Source: Diplonema japonicum (Eukaryota; Protista; Euglenozoa: Diplonemea). Taken from it: a stretch of 64,000 nucleotides of DNA. The notes beneath the pieces are model-generated. The model searched no databases and was not told where the DNA came from. It worked only from the letters and a program-made list of their open reading frames with translations. The stretch spans positions 186,001 through 250,000 of the forward strand of contig OZ025721.1 in the NCBI GenBank assembly GCA_964019335.1, given 5' to 3'. The stretch's first letter is position 1, and the number at the start of each line of letters is the position of its first letter. Shown here one piece after another: positions 34,578 to 46,069 of this stretch. Both the position numbers and the translations under genes were made by a program.

Positions 34578-35391
34578 ATGAAGCGCTTATTGCTAGTAGC
34601 ACTGGCAAGCACGATGTGCACTGGGGCCACCATCACTGGTTCCTTTCAGGCACAGAAAAAAACGAAGGGCCCCAACGACTACGTCAGCTACAGCTTTCCT
34701 TATCCTTCTGCTGGACCCAACAGTTTGTTGTCCAAAATGGAACTGGATGTGGCACCATGGGGAACAAACTGTTTCCCGTCCCCTTCTTTTCAAATCGAGT
34801 TGTGCTTCGTTCCGGACGACAAACCGTCTGGGTATTGCTTCTATATACCCCACTCGAATGTCTACCAAAAGCAGTTACTGTACCCCAGTGTGGTCATCGA
34901 GGCAAGCCCGCTGGAGATACGTTTTACGAATGAGAATTACCGCAACAACTGCGGGATTAATGTGAAGTTCTCATTGAACACCAGCAATGAAGAAGGAAAA
35001 GTACAACCCACCAGCACCGACGACGAGCTTCATATCCAGTGGAAGCCAGACAACGCGTCTTTCGGTGAATGGATAGCACCATACTCCCCGGCTGATCAAC
35101 AATTCGTAAATTCCGTACATCTGGAGCTGTTCTCGTGGGGGACTGGGTGCGACCTCATTCCGAGCTTGAATTTTGAACTGTGCTCGGGGCCTCAAATCAA
35201 CATCACGTGCGTTTCCTTCCCAGAATTCCAGCCCCAGTCCTATGGACCTCTAACTGTAAAGACGCTTCAGTTGATGAGCCATGTTCGTGGTGGTAACGTG
35301 CGTGTGCGCATAACCAACAGAAATAACAAAGAGAGCTGCGGCATGGTGGTAAAAGGGATCTCCATGAACAGCTCATGTGATAAATCAGTCT

Positions 35392-35393
<2 letters not shown>
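34578..35393 (+). CDS. Secreted hypothetical protein with two internal Cys-containing repeats
   Basis: MKRLLLVALAS signal. Repeats PWGTNC..PS..IELC..RFTNEN..CG and SWGTGC..PS..FELC..RITNRN..CG. Confidence 0.75.
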
Positions 35394-35425
<32 letters not shown>

Positions 35426-35801
35426 ATAGTTCAGAAATTTCTTCACTCCTAACCCCCCTCTATAATCTGATTACCCTCGTTCCTTCTTTTTTTTTTCAAA
35501 AAAAAAAAAAAAAAAACCTTCCACAGCAGAGAGAGGTGGCCCCTCCCTGCTTATTGCTGGCACAAAAGCTATTGTTATTATTATTATTATTATTATTTTA
35601 CTGCAAAACAAAAAACTCGATGATTTAAAGAAAGCCGGTGGGGGCACCCTGCACAAGCACCATTTACTTGATTACAGGGGGCGCACCTCAACCTAGCTGT
35701 AGCTTCTTCTGCGTTCCGCAGCTCAACCCCAGCCGGGGCGCCCCCGGGTAACCAAGATTCTGAGCCCGTGTAGTTTGCTGCCTGTTCGCCACCCAGCCTA
35801 A

Positions 35802-36227
35802 ATATGCGGAAGATGACCACGCCCTGCCGACCCTGCGGAGGCTTCCCCGAGCCCTGTACCCCTAAGATCACCCCAACATGCGGAAAATCACCCTTTGTGC
35901 GGAAAATCACCCCCTAAATGCGGAAAATCACCCCCAACATGCAGAAAATCACCCCCAAAATGCGGAAAATCACCCCCTATATGCGGAAAATCACCCCCTA
36001 TTTGCAGAAAATCACCCCTTTGTGCGGAAAATCACCCCCAAAATGCATAAAATCACCCCTCTATGCGGAAAATCACCCCCTATATGCGGAAAATCACCCC
36101 CTATTTGCAGAAAATCACCCCCTTTTTGCGGAAAATCACCCCCTATATGCGGAAAATCACCCCCTATATATGCGGAAGATGACCACGCCCTGCCGGCCCT
36201 GCGGAGGCTTCCCCGAGCCCTGTACCC
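35802..36227. repeat. Minisatellite (about 14 copies of an about 21-bp unit ATGCGGAAAATCACCCCCTAT) flanked by about 60-bp direct repeats
   Basis: Units visible at 35878-36170. ATATGCGGAAGATGACCACGCCCTGCC..GAGCCCTGTACCC occurs at 35802 and 36168. Confidence 0.9.
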
Positions 36228-36408
36228 CCACACACCCCCCTAAGAATTCCAAAGCCCTGGGAAAAGCTTTAAAAAAATGGATTCTGTGGGTTCTCGGCCT
36301 TGCAGGTGGCGCTGCGGGCCCGGAAGAAAGACCCCCAACCCAAAATAACGTAGGATCAGGGGGGGTTTGCTACAGGCTTCCCCAAGCCCCACAGGTGGGG
36401 CAAGCAGC

Positions 36409-36703
36409 GTCCTACCTGTCCGCACGTCTGGCCGTCTTGTTTGCTGCCTTGGCAGTGCGCCTGGCCTCGGCCTCAGCAAGTTTGCTGGGTCAAGGGGGGA
36501 CATTTCAACCGAAGAAGAAGAACAAACGGAAACGAAGCTCGTCCTGACACGCCTCTCTGATTTTCGTTTGATTTTCTCTTGCTACAGAAACTAGTTTCAT
36601 CCGTTTTCGGGTCCAGCCCTTAAAAAAAAGGGGGTCCCAGGAAAATGTCTGGAAGAAAACATATCTGGACCGCCAGAGCTTCCGGACATTTTATCTTCCG
36701 GTG
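36409..36703 (-). mobile_element. Deleted derivative of the pogo-like element
   Basis: 36409-36545 matches 17660-17800 and 36555-36703 matches 19333-19518. The outermost TIR is missing. Confidence 0.75.
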
Positions 36704-36738
<35 letters not shown>

Positions 36739-37275
36739 CAAAATACCAATAGGTGCCACCATGGGGGAGCAACACCTGGGAAGGGGAAAGGTGAAGGGAA
36801 GCATGGAAATATTACAGGGAGGACGAAGACCAGTTCTTCTGCAAGCAGATGGAGCTGTGGACTCTGCCAACCCGTGCACCTAACAGCCGAAGAGGGCTGA
36901 ATTACTTTAATTCCAAGCCGCGTAGACCTACGTGACTCGGACGGGGACCTTGACCCCCAGTTCGTCGTTTTTCTCAACTGGGACCTCTGGTGACCGGAAC
37001 TGGCCCCGGTCGCCCCCTCGAGAGGGATTTGCTCCATTGAGCGAAACATGAAAGGAAAGGGTGAGAGTAAAATCTCTCAAATTCAAAATAAATGGGTATG
37101 CGTCCGGTGATTTTTGTTAATTTCTTTTATCCTACTTTGGTGGCACACGGCCACGACCACTCTTCTCCTCGAGCCAAACCGTCCCCCTCCCCCCTTCTTT
37201 TTCTTTCACCGAAACAAAAAAAAAGGAGAAATAAAGAGGGGGAAAAAAAGAAAGAAAAAAAAAAAGAGAGAGCAA

Positions 37276-39537
37276 ATGCCTGGCCGCAAGAGAAAGAGGG
37301 AAGACGCAGGTCCCAGGGGGGACGAGCTGAAGAAGAACCTGGAAGGGATTCGAGCAGCGGTTGATGTAGAAGAGTTCATTGCGGGTCTCACGAAGAAAGC
37401 AGGCCACACCATGCAGATTGGTGGCGAAGGTTTTTGGGAGGTGCTTCAAAGCATGCGCAAGGAGAGCGGTGAGAGCATAACAAAGGAAGATGTGGACAGG
37501 ATCCTGTGGCAGGCAAAGCGGGCAAAGAAAGGAAAACCCACGGAAACAGCGCCCCTATCGGAACTGATCTGGCTTGTGAAGCATCACGGAGTGGAGAAAA
37601 CCGCAGAGAGCCGTCTTGCAGCCAGGTCAGGACTCACAAAACAATCAGCAGGCAGCGAAGCTTTTGAAAAATTCTACAAGGACCAGAAAATCGTACCTGA
37701 GGGAGAATGGGACCAGTTCATGGACGCGCTTAAGACACCTCTCCCGATGGCATTGAGGCTAACAACATGCAGACCATACTCATATGTGATACAGAGTGAA
37801 CTGAAGAAGCTTCTTGCAGACGACACGACAGGGCTGACAGCGATGCCGTGGGCAGGGATCGATTCCGAGTCGCAAGACGTTTCAGCAGTTTCTTGCTCGC
37901 ACGAGACCTTCCACAACAAGGACAACCAAACCATGCCGTCATGGTGCAAGGAACAAAACGCTCTGGGGACGGCATCGTTCCAAGAGGCCGCGTCCCTTCT
38001 CCCCCCGTTGCTACTAGACGTCGACCACGACCATACTATACTGGACATGTGCTCGGCTCCGGGATCGAAGCTTCTTCAATGTGTTGACATCATGTATCAA
38101 AAAGCTGAGAAAGCCGGTGTCACTGTCACAGGCGGCATACTCTCCAATGAGATCGACAAGAAAAAAGCCAGCCAGGTCATCCCCGCCAGGTTGAAGCGGA
38201 CCCACACGAAGAACGTCGTGGTTCTGTCCTCAGACGCTCGACTTTTCCCCAAACTGTACGACAGGCCTTCGGCTGAAGCCCCTGCCAAACGGCTTTATTT
38301 CGACCGTATCCTAGCCGACGTTCCTTGCAGTGGAGACGGAACCGGCAGGAAAGACCAGAGCATCTGGGAAACCTGGTCGACTCACTACTGTCTGTCGCTT
38401 CATGTGAAACAGCTTCAGATATTATTGAAAGGTCTTGATTCTTTGAAGGAAGGTGGACGGCTTGTCTATTCGACCTGTTCCCTCAATCCCTTGGAAGACG
38501 AGGCTGTTGTCATGGCCGCCCTCCGAGACATGAAGGACCAGGTGAAGCTCCTCCCGGCCAGGATCGCCGGGTTCAAGGTACAAGAAGGCGTACGATCATG
38601 GGGCGTCCCCGACACGGAAGGCAAACTACACGAAAAAATGAACGTGGAGGACAAGGAAATGCGCGACCGGGGATGGACAGAGACGATGTTCCCCATCGAG
38701 GATGAGATGGCCTCGGAGGCGGAAAAATGCGCGAGAGTTCTCCCGCATCACAACGACACGTCTGGCTTTTTCCTGGCAGTTTTTGAAAGGACGTTCGTGC
38801 CTGAAGAGGTTATACCCGAGCCCCCGAGACGGACCAGGACAAAGACCGCAGAGGGCGAGAAGAAAAAAGATGAGAAAACAGTGAAATCGAACACCGGTTT
38901 GGGCGGCATGCGAAACGCCAAAATGTGGTACAACCTAAGATCTGAACTCGACCTCGCATGGCAGCAGGTCACTAACTGGTTCAAACTCGGTGAAACCCCT
39001 ACCGAAAAACTGAACGGACAAAGCCTGCTGATCCAGATGTCGGAACATGATAAGTCATGCAAACGACACTTCTTCTTAACGACGCCAGTTGCCGAACAAC
39101 TGCTTCACGCGCTGATCCCTGTGACACAGTGCAACAACGTCAAGGTTGAGGCTGTCGGCACGCGGCTGTTCACTTTGGTAAAGGGGAGCTACCTTAAGAA
39201 CAGGTGCCCCTGTTCCTACCGGCCTGCCTTTGAAGGTGCGAGCTACCTCAGCACCATGGCTTCTGACAAGAAGGTCACCTTCCCTCCAGAGACATTCATG
39301 AAGCTTCTCCTTGACAAGCAGTTGGTTGACAGTGAGGTCAAACCTTTCCTCCCCCCTGCCTCCGAGACCCCGGAAGGCCACTGGGTTGGCCCTTGTATTG
39401 TTGGCCTTGCATCGCCTGCCAACCCGGCATGGTCTAAGGTCTGGCTTTCTTGCATTCTCCTCGGAACGAAGCTAGAGCTTCAGGTCGAGGATCACGAGAG
39501 AGAAGGTCTGCTTGCACTGATGAAAAGGGTGTTTTGA
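37276..39537 (+). CDS. NSUN2: tRNA (cytosine-C5)-methyltransferase NSUN2/Trm4
   Basis: QEAASLLPP, LDMCSAPGSK, FDRILADVPCSGDG, YSTCSLNPLEDE, PHHNDTSGFF. Confidence 0.92.
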   Translation: MPGRKRKREDAGPRGDELKKNLEGIRAAVDVEEFIAGLTKKAGHTMQIGGEGFWEVLQSMRKESGESITKEDVDRILWQAKRAKKGKPTETAPLSELIWLVKHHGVEKTAESRLAARSGLTKQSAGSEAFEKFYKDQKIVPEGEWDQFMDALKTPLPMALRLTTCRPYSYVIQSELKKLLADDTTGLTAMPWAGIDSESQDVSAVSCSHETFHNKDNQTMPSWCKEQNALGTASFQEAASLLPPLLLDVDHDHTILDMCSAPGSKLLQCVDIMYQKAEKAGVTVTGGILSNEIDKKKASQVIPARLKRTHTKNVVVLSSDARLFPKLYDRPSAEAPAKRLYFDRILADVPCSGDGTGRKDQSIWETWSTHYCLSLHVKQLQILLKGLDSLKEGGRLVYSTCSLNPLEDEAVVMAALRDMKDQVKLLPARIAGFKVQEGVRSWGVPDTEGKLHEKMNVEDKEMRDRGWTETMFPIEDEMASEAEKCARVLPHHNDTSGFFLAVFERTFVPEEVIPEPPRRTRTKTAEGEKKKDEKTVKSNTGLGGMRNAKMWYNLRSELDLAWQQVTNWFKLGETPTEKLNGQSLLIQMSEHDKSCKRHFFLTTPVAEQLLHALIPVTQCNNVKVEAVGTRLFTLVKGSYLKNRCPCSYRPAFEGASYLSTMASDKKVTFPPETFMKLLLDKQLVDSEVKPFLPPASETPEGHWVGPCIVGLASPANPAWSKVWLSCILLGTKLELQVEDHEREGLLALMKRVF

Positions 39538-39792
39538 AGAAAAAAAAAAGAAGAAGAGAGAAAAAAAAAACCCCCCTCCCCTTTTCCCCCTCTAGCCGGA
39601 TTTTGTTTAAAGGAAAATCTATCACATCAGTGTAAAGTCACATTTCTTTTTTTTTTTTTTTACCCTTTCTTTTTTTCTTTTTTTTTCTCCTTACCGGTTA
39701 CTGGAACGAGTCATAGAGAAGTTGATGGGCGTAGCTGAGGCACAACGCACCAAAGTCTGAAAGCCGAAATTCAAGTACTGAACAAAAGAGAG

Positions 39793-39823
<31 letters not shown>

Positions 39824-39831
39824 AGAACAAA

Positions 39832-40541
39832 ATGGGTAACACAATGCCAAAACGTATTGACATGAAAACGGTGGGGTACTTAAAAAGGAGCACTCACCTG
39901 AACTCGAGCCAAATAAGAAAGCTTCACAAGCGGTTCAGGGAGCTCAGCGGGGGGACGTGGCTGATCACTAAGGAGCAGTTCTACACGGGGCTGAAGGATG
40001 CCGGGGTGTACACCAACGACAACTCGGAAGAAGGCAAGTTCCATGCTGCCGACTGGCGCTTCATCGAGTCCTTCTTCGACAGCTTAGACAGTGGTAACCA
40101 AGGGAAGATCAACTTCAGGGAGTTCTGCACAGGGATCTCAGTCTTCGCCACCGGGAACTTAAGGGAATCCCTCCAAGTAATTTTTGAAATGTACAACCTT
40201 GCAGGAGACGATCGAATCACGGAGGAGGAAATGTACGAGGCGGTGGTCTCAATGTCCAACGTGCTCAACTTGGACCACTTCACTCCAGGAGAAGAGGATC
40301 TTGAGTGGCTCAAGGATGGTAAGGCACTACGTGCCTGGGTGCACAAGGTTGTTACAGAAGCCGATGTTTCTAAAACAGATTCGCTGTCGTTCCGTGAATT
40401 TCACTTGGCTGTGACTAAGCATCCTTTACTCCAGGTTTGTGTTGGCGTGGAAAGGCGGGGGAAAAAAAAAATAATAACCAGGAAATGGCGAGCCAGTTCG
40501 TTCAGGAAGTCTGCAAAGATTTCTTCCATCTTGAAGGGTGA
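39832..40541 (+). CDS. Myristoylated EF-hand calcium sensor (NCS/calcineurin-B-like); exons 39832-40434, 40482-40541
   Basis: MGNT N-terminus and EF-hands DSGNQGKINFREF, NLAGDDRITEEE, DVSKTDSLSFREF. A 47-nt GT-AG intron gives the C-terminus EMASQFVQEVCKDFFHLEG. Confidence 0.82.
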
Positions 40542-40914
40542 AGAAAGATGGAGGGGGAAAAGAAAAAGTGTCTCCTCTCCAATGATTATGATAAGTCTAT
40601 CTTCCCACATTCTCCCTTCATTTCTTCCATTCGCAAGAGAAAAAAAAAAAAGAAAAAAAAGAGAAGAAAAGAGAAACGTTGTAATTCCCCCCTTACCGGA
40701 TTTGGGTTTACGGGTATTCCACATTCACATATCGGTAAACAAAAAAAAAAAAAAAGAAGAAAAAAAAAGTGAGAATATTCGACAAGGTGCTCTTACGATG
40801 ATCTTCTCCCCCCCCCCCCAGTTTTTTGTAACAAAAAAGTATAGTTTTTCAGTTTTCTCTGACAAGCAAAAGATAAGCGTACCGAAGAAGGGGGGAAAAA
40901 AAAAAGAAAAAAAA

Positions 40915-42059
40915 ATGGCATTAAACCCGGGGGGTGCACTGAGAAAATCGCAAACACTGCTGCAAAGGAAGGACAGCAGGGTGGTGAGGATTCATTCCGG
41001 ATTCGGTGTGAAGAGAGATTCGTGGCTCGCAGATTATGTCTCGACTCACATGAGGCCCGTGATGTGGAGGGTGTACCAGCGAGACGACGCTGAAACGAGG
41101 AAACACGAGGAGTTGTTCCAAGGGTGGAAGGGTATTGTAGACTTTACATACAGAAGGCCCCACGGGCAGGTGCAGCACCCCAAATGGATGCGACAGCTCT
41201 TCGCCAAGAAAAAGTATTTCGAACTCGATGCAGAGACAAACACCGAGAAAATCTACCTTGGCTTCACCGCCAACTACATTTGGTCACACTGGTCAAGAAA
41301 AGGCACCTCAATACCCCCGGTTCAACTCCTAGAAACAGCACTTTCTCAAGCCAAAACGGTCAAGGACCTAGGCTACGCCACCAAAATGCTCCGTTCTTAC
41401 CGGCAGTACTTCAACGTGCACATGGAACATAACATCTTCACAGCATATATGAGTGCTTGTCTTCGTGTTGGTTGTCCCGATTGTGCGCTTTATGCTCTTA
41501 ACCAAGCCCGGTGGCTTGGTTTTGCAAGTGTGAAGGAGCAAGATCGAGCCTTTCTTCAAGGCAACCTGCCCACGCATCCCAGTGAGGGTTGGACCTATGA
41601 GGAGCACGTGAAGACCGCCCTCGAGGAAGTGGAGAAGAGTGGGAACAAGAACAACGAACCCATTGCGGAGGTGCAGGATTTCACGCCGTTCGCCAAGTTC
41701 TGGCGGTCGCACGACACGGAACAGGGGTGGTGGGTGTACCCTTGGGACAAGGACCCCGACACAAAAATCATCAAACACTTCTGGCGGCACCCCGACAACG
41801 TCGACCCTCGGCACGGGACTGCTTACACCGAGTGGACAGGTATATCAGGGGAAAAAAAATAAGGAAAAAAAAAAAATTATCCAGCATACGGCACCCCGCT
41901 CTCCACTGACGCCTATGGTGTCCCCACAGACCCTCTAGGCGAGGAGGCGATCAAGGCTTTGGTCGGCGAGGAGGAAGGTGTGTACACCACCGTTACCCAT
42001 TTAACTTTTTTTCTTCTTCTTTTCCAACAGATCCGGAAGATGCTGAGCTTGCTGCGTAA
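40915..42059 (+). CDS. Hypothetical protein, possibly mitochondrial, with a PPR-like helix; exons 40915-41839, 41885-41977, 42031-42059
   Basis: ATG after an A-tract, coding-like composition, IFTAYMSACLRVG helix. Two phase-1 GT-AG introns keep the frame to a stop. Confidence 0.7.
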
Positions 42060-42140
42060 AGAAGAAAAAAAAAAAGAAAAGAAAAAAAGTGTACTTTTTT
42101 TTTTTTTTTTTTTTTTTTCAAATAGTGTTCTTTTTTTTTA

Positions 42141-43086
42141 GGGAAAAACAACGTACACGGTAACCAAATAACTTTTTTCCACCGTCGCCTTAAACCTCCA
42201 ACTTTTTTTCCACCATCCACGGTAACCTGCAACTTTTTTTCCACCGTTCACGGTAACCTACAACTTTTTTTCCATTTTTTACTGTAACCACCAACAATTT
42301 CCCTTATACAACCACTAACTTTTTTTCCACCGTCCACGGTAACCTCCGACATTTTTATGCCTCATTGGGGTTTAGTACGAAATGTAGCGAGGGGGGCAAA
42401 ACATGATGTCATAGCAAAAGAAAAGGAAAAGAGACCTTTTAAGAGAAATAGGTGACTACCCTGAAGGCTGGGACTACAACCGGGACAGCACTTCGAGGAG
42501 TGATTGTGGCTGTGGCGCAGCGGTTGAGTAATGAGGGTTTTTACAAGTTGCTGTATTTATTTTCCCCTTCTCTCTCACTTCGCTTCCTCTTTGCTGGCCT
42601 ATCTGTGACTTCGTGACAACAGGGGGCTTGAGGTCATCCTTGGCATATCCTTCACAGGCAGGGGGGCGAGGGGTGGAGAAGTACATCAGACGCCAGATAC
42701 CTCGGCTTTGGCTTTAAATCGTCTTTGGAAATCGCCCTTGCCAACTTCCAGGAGAAATTCTTGGTGTCTTTTTTCGAGCCCTGGTTGTGCCTACACGTTT
42801 TTCCCAAATGCACACACACCTCCACCGTGGACGTTGGAAAAAAAGTTGTGGGTTTCCGTGGACGGTGGAAAAAAAGTTCTTACTTACATGGTTTAGTGGA
42901 AATAAAAAATAGGTTACCGTGGAGAGTGGAAAATTTTTACAAAAAAACCATTTGAGTGGAAAAAAGTTGTAGGTTACCGTGGAGAGTGGAAAAAAAGTTG
43001 TGGGTTACCGTAAACAGTGGTGGAAATTCTGCTTACAGACTTGAGTGGAAAAAAGTTATTTGGTTACCGTGTACGTTGTTGTTCTC
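42141..43086 (-). mobile_element. Non-autonomous MULE-like element, near-identical to 29242-30093
   Basis: Same TIRs and interior with extra subterminal repeat units, flanked by T-runs. Confidence 0.85.
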
Positions 43087-43169
43087 TTTTTTTTTTTTTT
43101 TATATAAAAATATCTTTCCTTTCTGATATCCCCCCCCACCAAAAAAAAAAGACCATCACAAAAAAAAAT

Positions 43170-44189
43170 ATGAACACCATTATAAGAAGAGGTCTGACAA
43201 GGGGAACGCAACGCACGGCGTTGATGCAAAAAAGGCAGATCGGCGGGCTTAGTGTCGGGGTGGGCGGGGGGAAATTAATGTGGGGAACGCTCGCGGTGGT
43301 CGGGGCGGGGTCCTTGACCTACGCAGCACGCTTGAAACAGAACAAGTCCCTGAAGGCAGAGGACGTCAACGACCTCACAGAGGTGGAGAAGCTCACGGCG
43401 GAAGACCTCAAGGCCCACGGCGTAACCCTCTACCGATACCTAACATGCCCTTTCTGCGGCAAAGTGAAAGCCTTCCTAGACCACTACCAAATCCCCTACA
43501 CATGCATAGAAGTCGACCCTTTAATGAAATCCCAAATGAAAGGCCTCGGATACAGCAAGGTCCCGTTCATGAAAGTCCACACCTCAGACAAGGAAAAAGA
43601 CCTCCACCTCGCGGACTCGTACGAGATAGTATCGGTACTGGGGAGAAAGATGGGCGCCGCCAACGATACAGAAGCAACGACCACATGGAGGAAATGGGCA
43701 TCTGAAGAATTCATTAGGTACCTTACTTTGAACCTGAACAGGACTCTGTCAGATGCGTGGAACTCAGCCGCTTACATCGACGTCGCCGATGAGATTCCCG
43801 CTTTTAACAAATTTATGTCAAAGGCTGTCGGTGCACCTGTTATGTACCTTATTGTTCAGCATTTAATCACTCGTCCCAAGCTTATGAAGCTTGGTTTTGA
43901 TGGGGGTGATGAACGGGCGGCGCTTTACACGGAGATGAACAAGTGGATCGACACTGCTGTGTGCGACAAGCCCTTTTATGGTGGCAAAACGCCTAACTCT
44001 GCGGACCTTGATGTGTATGGGGTGCTGAACGCCATCCGAGGTTTCCCTTTGTATAAGGATGTGCTGCAGAACACGAATGCGAAGGTGTGGATTTTTTAAA
44101 AAAAAAGGGGGGGGGATGTAAAATTTTTTTCCCAGGAGTGGATTGGGCGGATGGACAAGGCGTGCGGTCGTGAACCTTTTCAACTTTAG
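43170..44189 (+). CDS. PTGES2: Prostaglandin E synthase 2-like glutathione S-transferase; exons 43170-44084, 44136-44189
   Basis: Mitochondrial-type leader and TM, YLTCPFCGKVKAFLD, YSKVP, PNSADLDVYG. The final exon gives EWIGRM. Confidence 0.88.
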
Positions 44190-44294
44190 TTCGTGAAAAA
44201 AAAAGGGGGAAAAAAAAAAAAGAGGGAGTCCAAGAAAGAAATTTTTGAGAAAAAAAAAGAGTTTTTAAGATATTACTCTTTTATAAGGACACCT

Positions 44295-44330
<36 letters not shown>

Positions 44331-44508
44331 TTTGAAATAAATAATATATGAAGGGGCTGCTGCCCCCCCTTTAAGAAAAAGAAAGAAAAAAGTTTTTTTT
44401 TTCTCGAACGTGATCTCAAAGGGTAGATGGGGGAAGAAAATCATTATGTTTGAGATTGGGGGGGAAAAAAAAAAGAGAAAAGGGAAGGCATGGATTCTAT
44501 GAAGGGGT

Positions 44509-44562
<54 letters not shown>

Positions 44563-44969
44563 GTTCTTCTTCTTGCTCTTTTATTTTCTTCTTATTCTTA
44601 TTCTTTTTTTTTTTTTAATCCTGTTCTTCCCCCACTCACTCATAATCTTTTAATGTCCACACGCTTTTTTTTTTTTTTATTCCCTTCATTTAACTACAGA
44701 ATGTTTTTTAGCGTGCTTTTTTGTTTGCGGTGTGGAAAAGAAAGAAAAAAAAAAGAAAAAAAGGAAGAAAACTTTTGCACTAACTGTTTGAAAAGTCTGA
44801 ACACCCCCCTTCCGAAAATACTTTTCTGTATTATGTTCAAAAAAAAAAAAAAAAAAAAAAAGTGTTGTTTTTATTATTATTATTATTTCACCCCTTTCTC
44901 TTTTCTTTTGATGAGACTTTACAGTAGGGAGGGCGGGAAAAAACCCCAACAAAAAAAAAAGAAGAAAAA

Positions 44970-45374
44970 ATGACGGAAAAAGATGGCGCGACCAAACTCG
45001 AACGGCTAACCAAAGAGGACTGGCAGCACAGCATGATGCCTACAGATCAGTCCGGGTTCACCTTCGATTTCGGTGGGAAAGAAGAAGACCCCGTCACTAA
45101 GGGAGAAGAGCCTGCAACTGTTATATTTAAAGTCGAAGAAAATACAGTGAAACCTGTAGAGGAGGTGGAGGAGGCACCCACAGAGAACATGAAACGCATT
45201 TTGAAAACCGCTAGAAAAACATTAATGAATACATTCCGAGCCGCAGAGGTGACAGGGGAAACAGTCTCGGAGTGGAAAGACAAACGAAAAACCTGGCGAC
45301 AGCTAATGCCTGGGAGGAAAAGAACCGGCGATGACGGCGAGAAATCATTGAAAAAAAAACCAAGAAAACAGTAA
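44970..45374 (+). CDS. Hypothetical protein
   Basis: 134 aa ORF, ATG after an A-tract, basic C-terminus. Confidence 0.6.
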   Translation: MTEKDGATKLERLTKEDWQHSMMPTDQSGFTFDFGGKEEDPVTKGEEPATVIFKVEENTVKPVEEVEEAPTENMKRILKTARKTLMNTFRAAEVTGETVSEWKDKRKTWRQLMPGRKRTGDDGEKSLKKKPRKQ

Positions 45375-45494
45375 AAGAAAAAAAAAAATCATCATCCACT
45401 CACTCCCCTCCACTTATTTTCTTTTCAACCTTATATGCCTCACCCCGAAAATAAATTTCAAAGGTAGCAAAAAAAAAAAAAAAAGAAGAAGAAA

Positions 45495-45962
45495 ATGTCA
45501 AACCAAAATAGGAACACACTCTTTATCGATGCGCTTATGAGCGCAGCAGAAGCCCACAAAGACCAAAAAGTGCATTATGAGTTTAAAAAGCCTACCGTGG
45601 AGGAAGAAGTGAAGGAAGAAGAGGAAGAGCACTACGACGAAGAACATTGGCAAGAGGAAGAGGAGGAAGAAGAAGAGGAGGTCAAAAGCTGCCGGGAAGA
45701 AGCGAGCCCCACCCCACCCCCGGGCATCCCCTGCACCGGATGGGTGCAACAACAACAACAGCAGCAGCAACACGCCCACACTGCAACCCCAACCCCGCCG
45801 CCGTTTGCCCATCAACCACAGCAACAACCCCAACAACAGCAACTGCCCCCGTTCTTCCAAGGTTTAGACGAAAACACCAAACTGTCATTGCTACAGGCTT
45901 GGTACTCCAGCGGATACTGGGCAGGTATGGCCCACGGACTGTCAGGGGAGAGGGTGCTTTAG
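45495..45962 (+). CDS. SMN (survival motor neuron)-like protein with C-terminal YG box
   Basis: SLLQAWYSSGYWAGMAHG matches the SMN oligomerisation YG-box pattern. Pro/Gln-rich linker, no Tudor domain. Confidence 0.65.
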   Translation: MSNQNRNTLFIDALMSAAEAHKDQKVHYEFKKPTVEEEVKEEEEEHYDEEHWQEEEEEEEEEVKSCREEASPTPPPGIPCTGWVQQQQQQQQHAHTATPTPPPFAHQPQQQPQQQQLPPFFQGLDENTKLSLLQAWYSSGYWAGMAHGLSGERVL

Positions 45963-46069
45963 TTAACATTTTTTTTTTCTCTTTTTTTTTTCTTCACTTC
46001 CGTTAGTTTTATCAACCCATCACCAGGGTAGAAAAAAAAAAAAAAGAAAAAAAAAAGAAGAAAAAAAAA

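Noticed and set aside
35878-36170. Possible CRISPR array
   Set aside because: Units are contiguous with no unique spacers, there are no cas genes, and the context is eukaryotic. It is a minisatellite.
39832-41862. Single 676-aa EF-hand fusion ORF
   Set aside because: The middle translates homopolymer spacer (poly-K/F). Two genes with a 47-nt intron and a separate A-tract ATG explain it better.
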